From contig OX597823.1 of NCBI GenBank assembly GCA_951406725.2, forward strand, positions 77,500,001 through 77,564,000: a stretch of 64,000 nt of DNA, in the 5' to 3' direction. Positions 13,653-28,116 of the stretch are shown piece by piece. A program made the position numbers and the translations under genes. Source of the stretch: Octopus vulgaris. Lineage: Eukaryota. The notes beneath the pieces are model-generated. The model worked only from the letters and a program-made list of their open reading frames with translations, searched no databases and was not told where the DNA came from. Within the stretch, counting starts at the first letter, position 1. Every line of letters starts with the position of its first letter.

Positions 13653-14196
13653 GAATGTATGGACAGATGGATGTATAGATGGATGGGTAAGCAAACAAAT
13701 AGCAACATGGATAGATAAACAGAAAGATAGATAGAGGGAGAGAGGGAGAGAGAGATAGGTAGTCTAGTTCATTCTAATTTCCGTTTGTAGTTTTTACCTA
13801 AAGATTTAAAACAAATTGTTTATGTTTTTATAGCTGTTGTTGCCTTTGTAATTGTATTTAAAGTTTTTAAGTTCAAACTTCAATTTCAATAATTGTTTCT
13901 CTCTTCCAAGTAATTCATTTTTACTTTGAAGATAAAGTGTTTCTTTTTTTGTTTTTTTTTATGAATTTTTTGGGGTTTTGCATTTGTTTTCTTTTTCCAA
14001 GTTATTTTTCACATTTGATTTATTAAAAGTAAATTCCATCTGATTTAGAGAGTTGGAGCAGTAGCAGAGAATCAGTTGACATGGAGTGCCTTGTGAAGGT
14101 TGTTTGGATAAGGAGATATATAAAGTGTCAGAGTGCATAGTGGAGTCTAGTGCATTTGTGTGTGTGTGTGTGTGTGTGTGTTTAATTTATGTGTGC

Positions 14197-14607
14197 ATGG
14201 TGAGAGAAATGTGTGGGGGTGAAGCTGTTTGATAAGAGGAGGACTGAGGATTTGATGGGAATGCTGGGGTTGGAGGAATTAGTGGAATGGTTGGCAAGAG
14301 CGAATGGAGTGAGGTGGTATGGGCCTGTGTTGAGGAGGGATGAAGAGCGTGTTCTGAGGAGGGTGCTTGCGTTTGAGGTAAATGGAGCATGAAATTCAGG
14401 TAGACTGAGGAAAAAGTGGAGGGGACTGAGGAAAAAGTGGAGGGGAGAAGATAGGTAGGGTTGGTTTGAAAAAAGGAGGACGCCCAAAACCGGGCAAGAT
14501 GGTGAGATGGTGTGAGGACAGTTGCTTTGGCATTGAGGTAGATCTGGCCACCTCTGTTAAAAGGGACAAAACCTGGATTTAAGACACTGGATGATGATGA
14601 TGATGAT
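14197..14607 (+). mobile_element. RTE-clade LINE 3' fragment (decayed end of the RT ORF)
   Basis: Translates MVREMCGVKLFDKRRTEDLMGMLGLEELVEWLARANGVRWYGPVLRRDEERVLRRVLAFEVNGA*, matching the RTE C-terminal RW(F/Y)GHV motif. (GAT)n tail. Homologous to 42430-42746. Confidence 0.85.
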
Positions 14608-15072
14608 ATAAATACAGCTTTCTACATAGCTCCACATAAAATACAATTTTGAAAATCAACAAATGTGAAACCGGTTAAATATGTGTTTGTGTTTGTGTGT
14701 TTGTGTGTGTGTGTGTGTGCTTGTGTATAAAATATATATTACATTAAAGGGTTTTAAAGCCAATATTTACACACTATAATTTATAGTTTTATTTCTTTCA
14801 AGTTTCACTGTTCCAGAAAAGAATTTTATCTGACACACACACATACACATACACACACAGTTCTTTTGGTTAAATTTCTTACTTGGCAGCCACTATGTTG
14901 CAGCTCTGAAGAAGATAAAGGAGCAAGTCCATTCTTCATTTCTTTCAATCAATCAGTTATGGATCAACTGATAAATGTGATTATAGCACTAGGGAACTAG
15001 GTTTTTCCAGTTTTAGCAGAAACATGTGTAACCTTACTGGAATAAAATGTATAAACATCCATTATCTGATTA

Positions 15073-15110
<38 letters not shown>

Positions 15111-15111
<1 letters not shown>

Positions 15112-15133
15112 AATAGATAGATAGATAGAAAGG

Positions 15134-15177
<44 letters not shown>

Positions 15178-15456
15178 CAGATAGATAGATAGATAGATAG
15201 ACAGACAGATAGACTGATAGATAGACAGATAGACTGATAGATAGACAGATAGACTGATAGACAGATAGATAGACTGATAGACAGACAGATAGACTGATAG
15301 ACAGACAGATAGACTGATAGACAGACAGATAGACTGATAGACAGACAGATAGTCTGATAGATAGATTAGATAGATTAAATAGATAGATTAGATAGACAGA
15401 TAGATTAGATAGATAGATAGATTAGATAGATTAGATAGATAGACAGATAGATAGAC

Positions 15457-15528
<72 letters not shown>

Positions 15529-15540
15529 TAGATAGATATG
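15111..15540. repeat. (GATA)n satellite with an internal 20-bp higher-order unit
   Basis: AGACTGATAGAYAGACAGAT is repeated about 7 times at 15211-15360. Confidence 0.9.
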
Positions 15541-17096
15541 ATAGTTTGCCTATCATATTTGATGATAGCGTATAGAGAAGATAGATTAGAAAAAGTTCTG
15601 TTTCTTATATACAGTGAGAAAGAGTAGTGTGTACATCAGACTCAATCTCTCAGTCTTACACAATATGCTCTTGGAGTGGTTGACATTAGGAAGGGCATCC
15701 AGCTATAGAAACCTTGCCAAATCAGATTGGAACCTGGTGCAGCCCCTGCCGGCTTACTGGTTTTCAGCCAAACCATCCAACACATGCCAGCATGGAAAGC
15801 AGACGTTAAACGATGATGATAATCTATGGGTCAGCATGAAACTCTAGCAAAAGACACTTGCCCATGGTGCTGTATAGAGGGATTGAACCCAAAATCAAGA
15901 ACTTCTTAACCACCTACCTCTGTGTATATTTGTTTGCTCCAGGTGAACCCTAATCAAACAGACCTCTGATCAAAAGCATTCCATCCATGGCCATCCTGTC
16001 TTATTGAAGAACTATTTAGGATTGCATGACCTCGTGTGTGTTATTTCCTTTTGAAGTTGGTGTCTTTGCAAGAAGATTTTGGTTACTATGTTATAACAGA
16101 AGCCGTCTCCTAGGTGATTGGCATGTCATAGGGTAATGTGAAAGGAATAAGAGAGATGGGGTGAGGGGTAGTGATAGGAGGGAGATTAAGGAAGGGACTG
16201 ATAAGAAGGAAAGGAGTTATAAGAAGAGGTAAGATAAAGAGGATTAAGTAAAGAGGTAAATAATGGTGGAATTTATGAGGGAGTAGAGAAAAAGATTGAT
16301 ATTGGAAGAGGGAGGTGTGTGAGGAAGGATAGAAAAGAGAGAAAAATGGTGAAAATAAAGGAACAAGAGAATAAAGGAACAAGAGAATAAAGGAGCAAGA
16401 GAATAAAGGATATAACAATAGAGAGAGAGTGTATGTGGTTGAAAAAGAGAGGAAGAAAAACAGAAAAGATATTTGTGTGTTTGCGAGGATATAATGGATG
16501 TATGATAGTATGAAAGAGAGAGTAAGTTGAGAGAGAAAGAATAATAGAAAGAACAAGACAGACTGAGAAAGGAAGAATGGAAGAAGGAAGAATGGAAGAA
16601 GAAAGCGAGGAGAAGAGAGTATGAAAGAAAGGGATGAAGAAATAAGGGAAGCAATGGGGGGGGGGAGAATTAGAAAGAGATGAAGAAGAGAGAGGGGTGA
16701 AAGGTTAATATTCTTGTTTTTCTTGCCTTTTGTCATTCGTCAAGCGATAAACAAACAACTGTAGCATTTGCAACAACAGGAACAAGAACATTTAGCATCC
16801 CCCACCATTCTCCACCCCCATCCACCAGTGCATATTTATATATGTATAAAGTAAGGCAAATAACAATGATATTGTGAAGTTTATTGAAATTCTAATATTA
16901 GAACCGAGGGAGTCCATATATGGAGTATATTAAAATGTACTTTGGTATGTTTGCAAACGGAATATAACCAATGACGACTTTATACACACACACACATACA
17001 TATACACACACACACACACACACAAACACATATATATTATATAGCTGTATACATATACCATACATACATACATATATATATATGTATATATATTTT

Positions 17097-17640
17097 TTTG
17101 TATGCATATACAATGTATATATATTTGTATGCATATACAATGTATATATATTTGTACGCATATACAATGTATATATATTTGTATGCATATACAATGTATA
17201 TATATTTGTACGCATATACAATGTATATATATTTGTATGCATATACAATGTATATATATTTGTATGCATAAACAATATATATATACTTATTTGTACGCAT
17301 ATACAATGTATATATATTTGTATGCATATACAATGTATATATATTTGTATGCATATACAATGTATATATATTTGTATGCATATACAATGTATATATACTT
17401 ATTTGTACACATATACAATGTATATATATTTGTATGCATATACAATGTATATATATTTGTATGCATATACAATGTATATATATTTGTATGCATATACAAT
17501 GTATATATACTTATTTGTACACATATACAATGTATATATATTTGTATGCATATACAATGTATATATATTTGTATGCATATACAATGTATATATATTTGTA
17601 TGCATAGACAATATATATATATACTCATTTGTATACATAT

Positions 17641-17679
<39 letters not shown>

Positions 17680-17740
17680 TATTTGTATACATATATATAT
17701 ATACATATATATTTGTATACATATATATATATATATACAT
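17097..17740. repeat. 27-bp minisatellite with 112-bp higher-order period
   Basis: Unit TATGCATATACAATGTATATATATTTG. Variant units carrying CTTA start at 17286, 17398 and 17510. Confidence 0.95.
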
Positions 17741-17750
17741 ATACATATAG

Positions 17751-17795
<45 letters not shown>

Positions 17796-19438
17796 TACAA
17801 CAAGCTTCCACGTGGACACATACAATTGGATCTTTGCTACACTATTAAGTTGGGGAGATGAATTGTCCAAGTTTAACCAGCAGAACATGGTTCATAAGTT
17901 CACATCTACTGTTATTGTAAACAGTTTTATGGAAGAATGACAGATAAAATATTGAGTTAAGGCTGCTTTGAGTCAAAGAACTTTTCTTTTACTTTGCTCC
18001 ATAATTCTTTTTTTTTTTTTTTTTGGTATTTCATTCTTTATTTATGTTATTCTGCGGCAACATCGTGCCTAGATATTGCATATGTAGTGTAATGTAGGAG
18101 TTGGTGGTGTTCCAATACTTTTATACTTCACGTGAATATTAATACCTCGATGATACCACTTATTCCAATATTTCCATATTAACTGTTTTGGCTTGTTTGT
18201 TCCTTTCAAAGGAACTTTGTACTTTCATCTGGCATCACATGGAGGCAGGAACATTGCCAAGTTGCTGCTGTTCTTGTCGCTGTTCTTGATGCAGTTGTTT
18301 GTAGTTGTTGTTGTTGTTGTTGTTGCTGTTTATCAGCTTCAGCACCTGAGATTGTCCTTCAGATGTGTTAGACTTCCACCAGCATCAGTGTACAATAATG
18401 CTTCTCTTGCTGGAGAACGTTGGCTACATCGTCAGTCTTGGCTTCCAAAAAAATATTAGAGTGTTAGGTCACAAGGATTGGCAGTAAATCTAACTGCGAC
18501 ACAGGCAAGTAACAGTAGATCTCCATATTACATCAGAGCTCTCTGGAGCTAATCTTACTCTCTTTCTTTCTTCCACTTTCTTGCTGTTTCTCTCTTTGTT
18601 TCTTTTTTCTCATTGTGCTTCCTTCGCAACTCTGCTTGCTTCCTGTGCAGGCTTAGTCTTCTGAAAGATTTAAACCCAGCAATACACACAAACAAAACAG
18701 ACTTCAAACACTAAGTCTTTGATACTTGAAGCAATAAACTCGCCTCTCTTTTCATTGTACATATTTTAATGTAAAGGAAGGCTAGCATTGTAAAAGTTTT
18801 TGATCATCTTTGCTCCAGTTCCGGTAACACCCAATGCTGTGAGAATTCTCTGTTAAATAGTCAAGCAAACTATAGTTGTTCATGCTGTATCTCTCAATGA
18901 AAACTCCAGAATTCTCTATACTTCAAGTCACTTAACCATTGATAGAAACTATCAACTTGCTTCTGATAGCTAAGTCTGCAATGGAATAGCACTTCTATCC
19001 AAAACAAGAACTATTTCTGACCTACATAACTATGAAATCTAGAGAAAAAATATTAGTTTTTTATGAGTCCCTGTGACTCATGCAAATAGTCACCACATCC
19101 AACTCGCAAATGGAGTTAGAAAGACAGTGAGGAATGCAATATGATTATTAATGATCTGATGATAGTCTAGAAATAAAACTGATGTCTGAGATACTATCAC
19201 AAATAAATATTCTCCATTATCTGATTGATCTCTCTTATAGTCTGGCAGGCTATGGACTTGAACAGTCGTATATTTTTATTTTCATTTTTATTTTTATGCC
19301 ATAGATATTCTTATGGCCAGTGCCCATAACATTTTTGTTTTTCTTTCTACAGGGCCCCCAATCTATTCATCGTTTCATGGTTCAGTAGATTAGATAAACC
19401 CTACTGCAAAAGAACCACTTCACTAAAAGCATTAGGTC

Positions 19439-19518
<80 letters not shown>

Positions 19519-20362
19519 GTGTGTGCGTGTGCCTGTGTGTATGTAAAGGTGTTCTCTAAGCTTTGAATTTTCGTATATTTGACTTCAGTTAAAGGCAAAT
19601 GCCTATACTGTTTCTCCGATTTGTAATTAATATTTGGAATTGGACAAAATTTTTATTAACAACATTTTATGTCGATTTTACTTCATGGATACAGGATTAA
19701 CTGTGTGGGTGAGAATTTGTATTGTAATCATGTAAATCCCAAAACAAATCTGGTTGGTAATCCACCTTGGACAAGTCTCTTCTACCATGAGTAAAATTAA
19801 ATATACAGAAACATAAGCATGAGCTGATAAGAGACTCAGTATATGAAGTTACACCTCAACACACACACATGCATGTGTGTATGTGCTTGTGTATGTATTA
19901 GTGTGATTGTGTGCATTTTTGTGCTTGTGTATGTTTGTGTCCTCTTGTCTTGACATGGTGTTATAGTTGTGAATGAGTGCCACTGTCATTTCAAGCAGTC
20001 TCGTTTATTTCCAATATTCTGTGAAAACATTTCTGGCCATCAAGAAATATCACCTTGACCACTTGATTTCTCTATGGCACCAAGCCATAGAAAAATCTGT
20101 CTCAATGAATGCCCCACTGACCTATGCGAGCATGGAAAAGAGGATGTTAAGCCAATGATGATGATTGTATATTGTAATAGTGTTGATGATGATGATGATG
20201 ATGATGATGACAATGATAGCCCTGGTGAAATCTCTTATCAATTCCAATCAATGATGATACAAATTCTCAGCCAGTTGACTACTTGCGTCCGTAGTGAGCC
20301 ATCAGATCAGCTTTAGATTTATATACAAGGTGCAGACACAACTGAGGCATGGGTATGGCTGA

Positions 20363-20897
20363 GGTGCAGATGTAGCTATGTGGTTAAGAAGCTTACTTCC
20401 CAACTACTTAGTGTAGGGTTCAGGGTTCAGTCCCACTGCATGGCTACTTGGGCAAGTTGCTTCTACTATAACACCAGACTGACCAAAAGTTTGTGAATGA
20501 ATTTGGGAGACAGAAACTAAAACAAAAAGCCTTTTGTATATGTATGTATGTAGGTATAAATATCAGTATGTATGTGTTTGTTACTGTGTGTGTGTGTGTG
20601 TGTATGTGTGCTTTTGTGTATGCGTATGGGTTACTGTTTCCTTGTTTTGACACGATGTGGAAGTTATAAACAAGTGTTGCTGCCATACAAAGAATTCCCC
20701 TCATTTCCAGTATTCTGCAAAAATATTTCTAGCCAAGGGGAAAATATTACCTAACATGGAAACAAATAGGGGTTGGAGACAGGAAGGGCATTCTGCATTC
20801 AAAAAAAATCCGCCTCAACAAACTCAGACCAACACAAGCATGCTCAGAAAAATAAGCATTAAAATGACATTGATGATGAGGAGGATGATGATGATGT
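20363..20897 (+). mobile_element. SINE with family A head and RTE-type 3' module
   Basis: Family A head, (GT)n spacer, GGGTTGGAGACAGGAAGGGCAT module and (GAT)n tail. Confidence 0.7.
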
Positions 20898-21353
20898 CAA
20901 TTTATATTTGTGTCTTAAGAGAAGTCTCCCAAGATTTTGTGCACCAACATGACGTTGACTCTAGAGGAGGTCTTTGAATAGGTTTATCTCACTAATCTGA
21001 ATTACGCAACCTGTCTATCTAAATTGCACCTGGATAACATAAGCTTTAATTCCTGAAATGTCACATTACTTGAAAAGATGGTCATTATAGAGCATACCCT
21101 TTCAAATATACCTAAAGATGTCGATCTTTGCAAGAAACTTGGCATTTCAGGAATTGAAGTTTATCTTATCCAATCTCAATTTAGATGGACCGTTCGTGTA
21201 ATTTGGTTGAGGAATGATTATATTCATCCAGCCATCCAGCCAAACGAGCATTTATAAATACATACATACAAACATATGTACACATAGAGAGAAGGAGGAG
21301 AAGCAAGAGAGAAAAACATATACACACATACATACATAATATATCCATGGATA

Positions 21354-21459
<106 letters not shown>

Positions 21460-21488
21460 TAGATAGATATAGATATAGATATATCCAT

Positions 21489-21538
<50 letters not shown>

Positions 21539-21558
21539 ATAAATATATATAAATATAT

Positions 21559-21626
21559 AGAGAGTTCAAATTTACAAAAAACAAAAGATAAAGACAGGTG
21601 AGAGAACAACAAGCAGGTGTATAAGT
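21559..21626 (-). mobile_element. Terminal fragment of the ribozyme-bearing element seen at 37335-37527
   Basis: Reverse complement TACACCTGCTTGTTGTTCTCTCACCTGTCTTTATCTTTTGTTTTTTGTAAATT aligns with 37464-37520. Sits within a TA run. Confidence 0.6.
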
Positions 21627-21631
21627 GAGTG

Positions 21632-21672
<41 letters not shown>

Positions 21673-22589
21673 GTATTTATGTATATATATGTATATGTAT
21701 GTATGTATACATACATACATGGTTACATATTCATATGTTAGTGGCTGTACCTAGACGTTACTGAAGTTTATTAGTACCTGAAACAATTATAATCGCATGA
21801 ATTTACTCTATTTTAGAATAATTGCTTTAAAGATTATGCTGATGGTCATCAGTTTGTTTGAGAATGTCCATTCATTCACAATAGTCGTAGCTACAAAATT
21901 TAGAAGATCGTTCAAGCTTCATAACAAACCAACAAAATTGCTGAACAAACAAATATACAACCTAAAATAAAATTATACTCTTACAATTTTTGTTTTGTTT
22001 TGTCGGAAATCTCTCTTCTTCTTTAAAAAGTATTGTTATTAATTTGCGTAATTGCTCTAAATGAATTATTTTGTTAATCGGTAAATTTTTCTAGTGCCTA
22101 TTTCAGTGGTAGTGGATATATGATATTATCAGTTATTTTGTTAGAAGCCAAAAAAGAGCAAGTTTCTGAACAATATAGTATAACTTTTGACCTTCTGACT
22201 GTGCAAAGCTGTAACTTGGAACATACATACATTGTATACATTAAGATGTGTGTGTGTCTGTGTATGTGTGTGTGCATATATATATATAGTGTGTGTGTGT
22301 GTGTTTGTGGAGGTGTGTGGCCTAGTGGTTAGGGTGTTGGGGTCATGATTATAAGATTGTGGTTTTGATTTCTGGACAACGCCATGGGTGTTGTGGTCTT
22401 GAGCAAAATTCAATATACTTTTCTATGCTGCTCCACTTGACTCAGCAGGAAAAAAATTGGGTAAAGCAGTGATGGAGCAGCTTCCCATTCAAAGGGAAAA
22501 TATATGTGCCACAGAACCTGGGAAACCAGCCATTCAGCTTATGGCCCAAGAAGGGGCTTTGATCCTTTTTTAAAACATACACACACACA

Positions 22590-22627
<38 letters not shown>

Positions 22628-22649
22628 TGTGTGTGTTTGTGTATATGTA

Positions 22650-23053
22650 TCATTATCATCAGTTTAACATTTACATTTCCATGCTTGTATGGGTCAGACA
22701 GAATCTGTTGAATTAGATTTTCTATGGCCAGGCACCCTTGCTGTCACCAACTCTCACCTGTCTCCACATAAGTTGATATTTCTCCATGTCCAGATATGTT
22801 TACACAGAATATTGGAAACAAAGAACACCACTTGTGTGACAGTGACATCCATTTACAACTGTCCCAGGATTTTAACTCACCGACCCAGTAATAGACACAC
22901 ACACGCACACACGCACATGACGGGCTTCTTTCAGTTTCCATCTACCAAATCCACTCACAAGACTTTTGTTGGCCCAAAGCTATAGTAGAAGACACTTCCA
23001 TAAAGTGCCACACTGTGAGACTGAACCCAGAACCAAGCTACTTACCACACAGC

Positions 23054-23056
<3 letters not shown>
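22650..23056 (-). mobile_element. SINE with family A head and RTE-type 3' module
   Basis: Reverse complement of the 20363-type architecture. Confidence 0.7.
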
Positions 23057-23136
<80 letters not shown>

Positions 23137-23202
23137 AAATTTTTTTTCCATAATGCGATAAAAAACCAAAGCTGTGTAGATTTTAGAACATTTATAAATA
23201 GG

Positions 23203-23248
23203 TCTTACAGCTGTTTCTAGGATATTTATTATATCCGTTCATCGGAGA
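23203..23248 (-). ncRNA. Minimal type-I hammerhead ribozyme motif (U4C core) in a Penelope-like remnant (about 23135-23400)
   Basis: Minus strand TCT-CCGATGA-AC-GGATAT-AATAA-ATATCC-TA-GAAAC-AGCT-GTA-AGA: stem I TCT/AGA, stem II GGATAT/ATATCC, palindromic stem III. Confidence 0.7.
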
Positions 23249-24211
23249 TGATGTGAGAAGATGGTTAAGCAATAGTTAATTTAGATAAGATTCGAAATAG
23301 ACAGTGAGGTGGATGAATGAAAATAGATGTGAGATATGTAAGGATATTGAATTTGTAGATCCATTATTTAGGCAGAATGGTATACATATAATATTCCAAT
23401 ACATTATGAGTAAATTCCAATAGAATTTAAAATTGGTCATTCCAAGTATAGTGTTTTTACACAGTGTTATTGAATCAAGGGTTTTATTTAAAGTGACTTA
23501 AAAAAGTACCTGGGAAAACCCATAGTCACATTACTTCGATATTGTATTACTTTCTTTTCTTAATGAAGAACAGTGCAAAACAAATGAAATTTAGCTGCTA
23601 TTTGTAGCAGGTCGAGAAACTTCAGAAGGTCAAATGGATGAATTATTTCCTCCCACTATACATAAAAACAAATAAATTATATTTGATTTTTAAACTTCAT
23701 CCAATTTCTTTTGCAACCAAAATTCTCTTCATGAAAATAGGAACTTCAAAGCTTATTATATTACTAAGAAAAAAAAAGCCAATTAAAAAATTAGTAATTT
23801 GCTACCAATTCCCTGTTTCATCATGTATTTGATAATATTTCAAATTTCAATTAAGTTCACACTAGTTTCTTACAATTCTCAATATAGATTTTAATTTTCT
23901 ACCTAATTAATAAGAATTATTTGCTTTATATTTTTATTTTGGCAATTTTTTTTTTCATTTTACTATTATATACATTTATTTCATTATTTTATTTTCTCCA
24001 CCAGTTGTTATACAATATTTAGAAATAGTCAATATATACCACCAGAGATTGATTTAAAATTATGCCTTTTATCATTGCACTCCTCAATCAAACTCAATGT
24101 CTTAGAATTCTGTATAGACTTTAATGGTGCCAGAGAAATTCAAATTCATTTGAGTTCAGTCAATTTCAAATTCTGAAAGCTAGTCTGTCTAGAATTGGTA
24201 CCATAATAATA

Positions 24212-24243
<32 letters not shown>

Positions 24244-24329
24244 TCATACATTGTGCGTGTGAAGTAGAAACACAGTTTTAGCTAGATTTCTTTGTTCATA
24301 AATGAAGCTTATTTTTAGTTTAATACAAT

Positions 24330-24368
<39 letters not shown>

Positions 24369-24432
24369 CTAAAATACATATATCTGTACATGTGTATATA
24401 CATACATACCTACCTACCTCTCTCTCTCTCTC

Positions 24433-24470
<38 letters not shown>

Positions 24471-26443
24471 TGTATACAGATGCATATATGTATGTGTACA
24501 TGTGTAGAGCATTCATATCAATGGTAGAAATGATATAGAAGGATATATGCATTTATATAGATAGATATATACTTATTGATCCTTTTTCTGTCTCACATGT
24601 TCATCATCATCATCATCATCATCATTTCAATGTGCACTTTCTATACTTTTAACTGTGGAATAGACTTTATTGAAGTCGATTTTCTTCAGCCAGATGCCCT
24701 TCTTATCATCAACTCTCATCTGTTTCCAGGCAAGGTCATATTTCCTCATGGCCAAACATGTTTTTGAATGCTCATTTATGAATTCCTACAATTAAAGATT
24801 ATTTATTTTTCTCAATCCAAATATACAAGTTTCAATCTTACATACTTGAAATTAGCCCCTCATACTAAAAGCCTTCTAATCCATAATCTATCTATTCTGC
24901 TAGAAATAACAACCAATTTTCCTTTAATCTTTACCCTACAATCTTTGCACATCATATGAATTGGCTCTTGATGCACTGTAGCTATTTAAGAAAAACTTCA
25001 TGATGGTCATGAATGGATTGTCTTATTAGAAGTTTGCTTAACCAATTCTGATGTGAGATTAAGCAACAGAAACAGCTACTTGTCATTTTTCTCTCATCCA
25101 TTTCCTCAATCTGAAATGTGTAGTTGATATATCATATGTCCAAAAATACATGGTGACCTGCTGCAGGTAGGACTGGGTATGATATTTATTTCTAAGACAA
25201 ATTAATGCTACCAAGGTTGTAATTAATAATTATCTGCTTTTGATGTCTGGTATTCTAAGAGCAGTCTGATATTAGAACTGGAACTACCAAAGGAAATTTT
25301 GCACATTGCTTCAACTTGCACAATAGAACACTAATCTCACTTAATTAACACTCCTACGATTTTAAAAATAGGGAGTTGATGATTTTAGCCCCAGATATCT
25401 GAAGAAAAATGTTAACAATCGTTTTGGTGTAGGCTTGGCTGTGCAGTTTAGAAGCTTGCTTTGCAGCCATGTGGTTTCAAGTTCAGTCTCACAGCACAGC
25501 ACCTTAGATAAGTGTCTTCTACTATGGCCCTGGGTCAACCAATGCCTTGTGAGTAAATTTCATTGACAGAAACTGAGTAGAAGCCTGTTGTATGTATATG
25601 TGTGTGTATGTTTGCTTGTGCATAGGGTATGTGTGGGGTCTTTGCACTAGCATAGCTAGGTGGGGGTGGTAGGGCACAGTTCACCCTGGGTGGAACTTTG
25701 AAAAGAAGCTCCACTTTTGGGTTTGCCGTATGTAGGTAAAATGTATTTTTGGGGGTCATTTACACGTGATTTTGATGTCACATTCATTGAAAGCATGTGA
25801 ATTAACTTTGGAAAAGAAAAAAAACACGAAACAATACTCTGTTGGTGGGAAACTCCAAGGTCCTACAACCCTTCCCCTCATTCTTTTCTGGAAGAAAGTT
25901 GCTTGCAGTGGGTTTGGAGATGAGAATCATTGAATACACTTGAAAAATACCTGTGGAAAAATACCCGAAATTCTCTCACAAAAATCCTGTATGAATGGGT
26001 CCTTGATGAAATATTTACCCAAGATCAGGACAGGCATACAAATAGAAGGATTGATGAGACTGATAAAGCAAGGGCTGAGCATCTGGCAGAACAGGGCAAA
26101 AGATACAGAAGCAGGGGTGATCAGGAATTGGACACTCGGAGAGATGAGCGTCTGGTGATACAGACGGAAAGAGACAAAAGCAGTGACGTCATTAATTGGA
26201 TGTGAATTCATACGGAATAAAGCAAGTTTTGTGTAAATCGAACTATGGATTACTGAGATACATGGTTTTTTGGGGTACCTTTATAAATAGCCAAACCGGC
26301 ATATAATGGGGAAAATGCTTTGAAAGTAAGGTACTGTTGAAATGTGAATACACACACAATAATGAATATTTTGCATAAATTGGACCACAGATTCCTGAAA
26401 TACATGGTACCTTTGGGTATCTTGAACTACTGGTGACCAAGGG

Positions 26444-26485
<42 letters not shown>

Positions 26486-27324
26486 TATCTATACACACTC
26501 ACACACATATGTTGCTAGTAATACTAGCCAAATTCCCTCAAATTACTCAGGAATGTTTGAAATGTGGGAAACAGAGGGCAACTGTATTTGAAAAATTATA
26601 GTTCTGCTTATATTATATATGTTAAACACAAACTGAATGATCACAACTTGAGTGCCTTTGATCATAGGTCTACTCATTCAGGCCTATCATGAGGCACAGC
26701 AACAACAACAGCAACAATATCTACGACAGCAGCAGCAGCAGCAACAATGGTCATGATCAAAATATGAACACAATGAGCACATTTAATGATTTTACAGTCT
26801 TTTTACACAAAAATCTATCTGCTGAAATCTATATGTTTTCATAGCTGTCTGAATTTTAATAATTTAGTGGTGAAAAAATTAGATTTTAGATTCATGCATA
26901 AATTCATATAGATTTTTATTCATTTAAAAAAAAAATGTCTTCTTTATGTAAGATTATATACTAGTGTATGTATGTATATATGCATGTGTTTGAGAATCTG
27001 TGTGCATGCCTGTGTGTGTGCATGCATGCACGGGTGTGTGTATGTGTGTATGGGTATGTTGTGTGTGTGTGTGTGTGTGAATATTTCCATTTCTGCTATG
27101 AATATTATTAGAATATACACACATACATACACACTTACATAGCATGCATACTCATGCATGTAGATACGTACACAAAGGGAGATATAAAAAACTGATACGC
27201 AAGTAAATACATATGTTAATGCATATATAAAAAAAAGTTCCCATATACAAACATACATACATATTGAAAGAAACACACATACACCCACAAATAAAACAAA
27301 TATATGTATGCTTTATTCACATAC

Positions 27325-27358
<34 letters not shown>

Positions 27359-27471
27359 TTCAATGGGCATACACATTTTTTCTTAAGATTAAACAAAACT
27401 CATGAATATAAATGTGTGAGCAAAGAAATGCTTCTATGCTACGTATGTATATTTGTATGTCTTAATATATA

Positions 27472-27600
<129 letters not shown>

Positions 27601-27659
27601 GATATATATGTATGTTTATATATATATGTTTAAATATATATATGTTTATATATATATAT

Positions 27660-27728
<69 letters not shown>

Positions 27729-27786
27729 TATATATATATATATATGTTTATATATATATATGTATGTATATATGAATGCATGTGTG

Positions 27787-27822
<36 letters not shown>

Positions 27823-28028
27823 TTTGTATTTTGAGAGAAAGCGGGCGGGGGTCCGTGGGAGCGTTGTTTCCTTTGAAACTGAATAATACCAGGTTTCTAA
27901 TAGAGATAATGAATGAATGTTTGTTGGGATCCATTTAGACTGCACGAGTTACTTAAGCTCATATACATGCAATACACACATACACTCATATATATACATA
28001 CATAAGCTCACTCTCTCTCTCTCTCTCG

Positions 28029-28116
<88 letters not shown>

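Noticed and set aside
14630-14680. GAAACCGGTTA, and GAAACAATTATA at about 21780, as hammerhead 3' halves
   Set aside because: No recognisable CUGANGA-type core upstream.
16110-16736. Leu/Phe/Ser-rich 208-aa minus-strand ORF, and similar ORF 487-1191
   Set aside because: Products of GA/CT low-complexity sequence, including a 16-bp tandem repeat at about 16356-16410.
17097-17740. Possible CRISPR array
   Set aside because: Contiguous tandem units without unique spacers, eukaryotic context and no cas genes.
16898-17940. ORFs with 9-aa repeats (MHIQCIYIC), and all YI/HT/CV-rich ORFs in the track
   Set aside because: These are translations of minisatellite and dinucleotide repeats.
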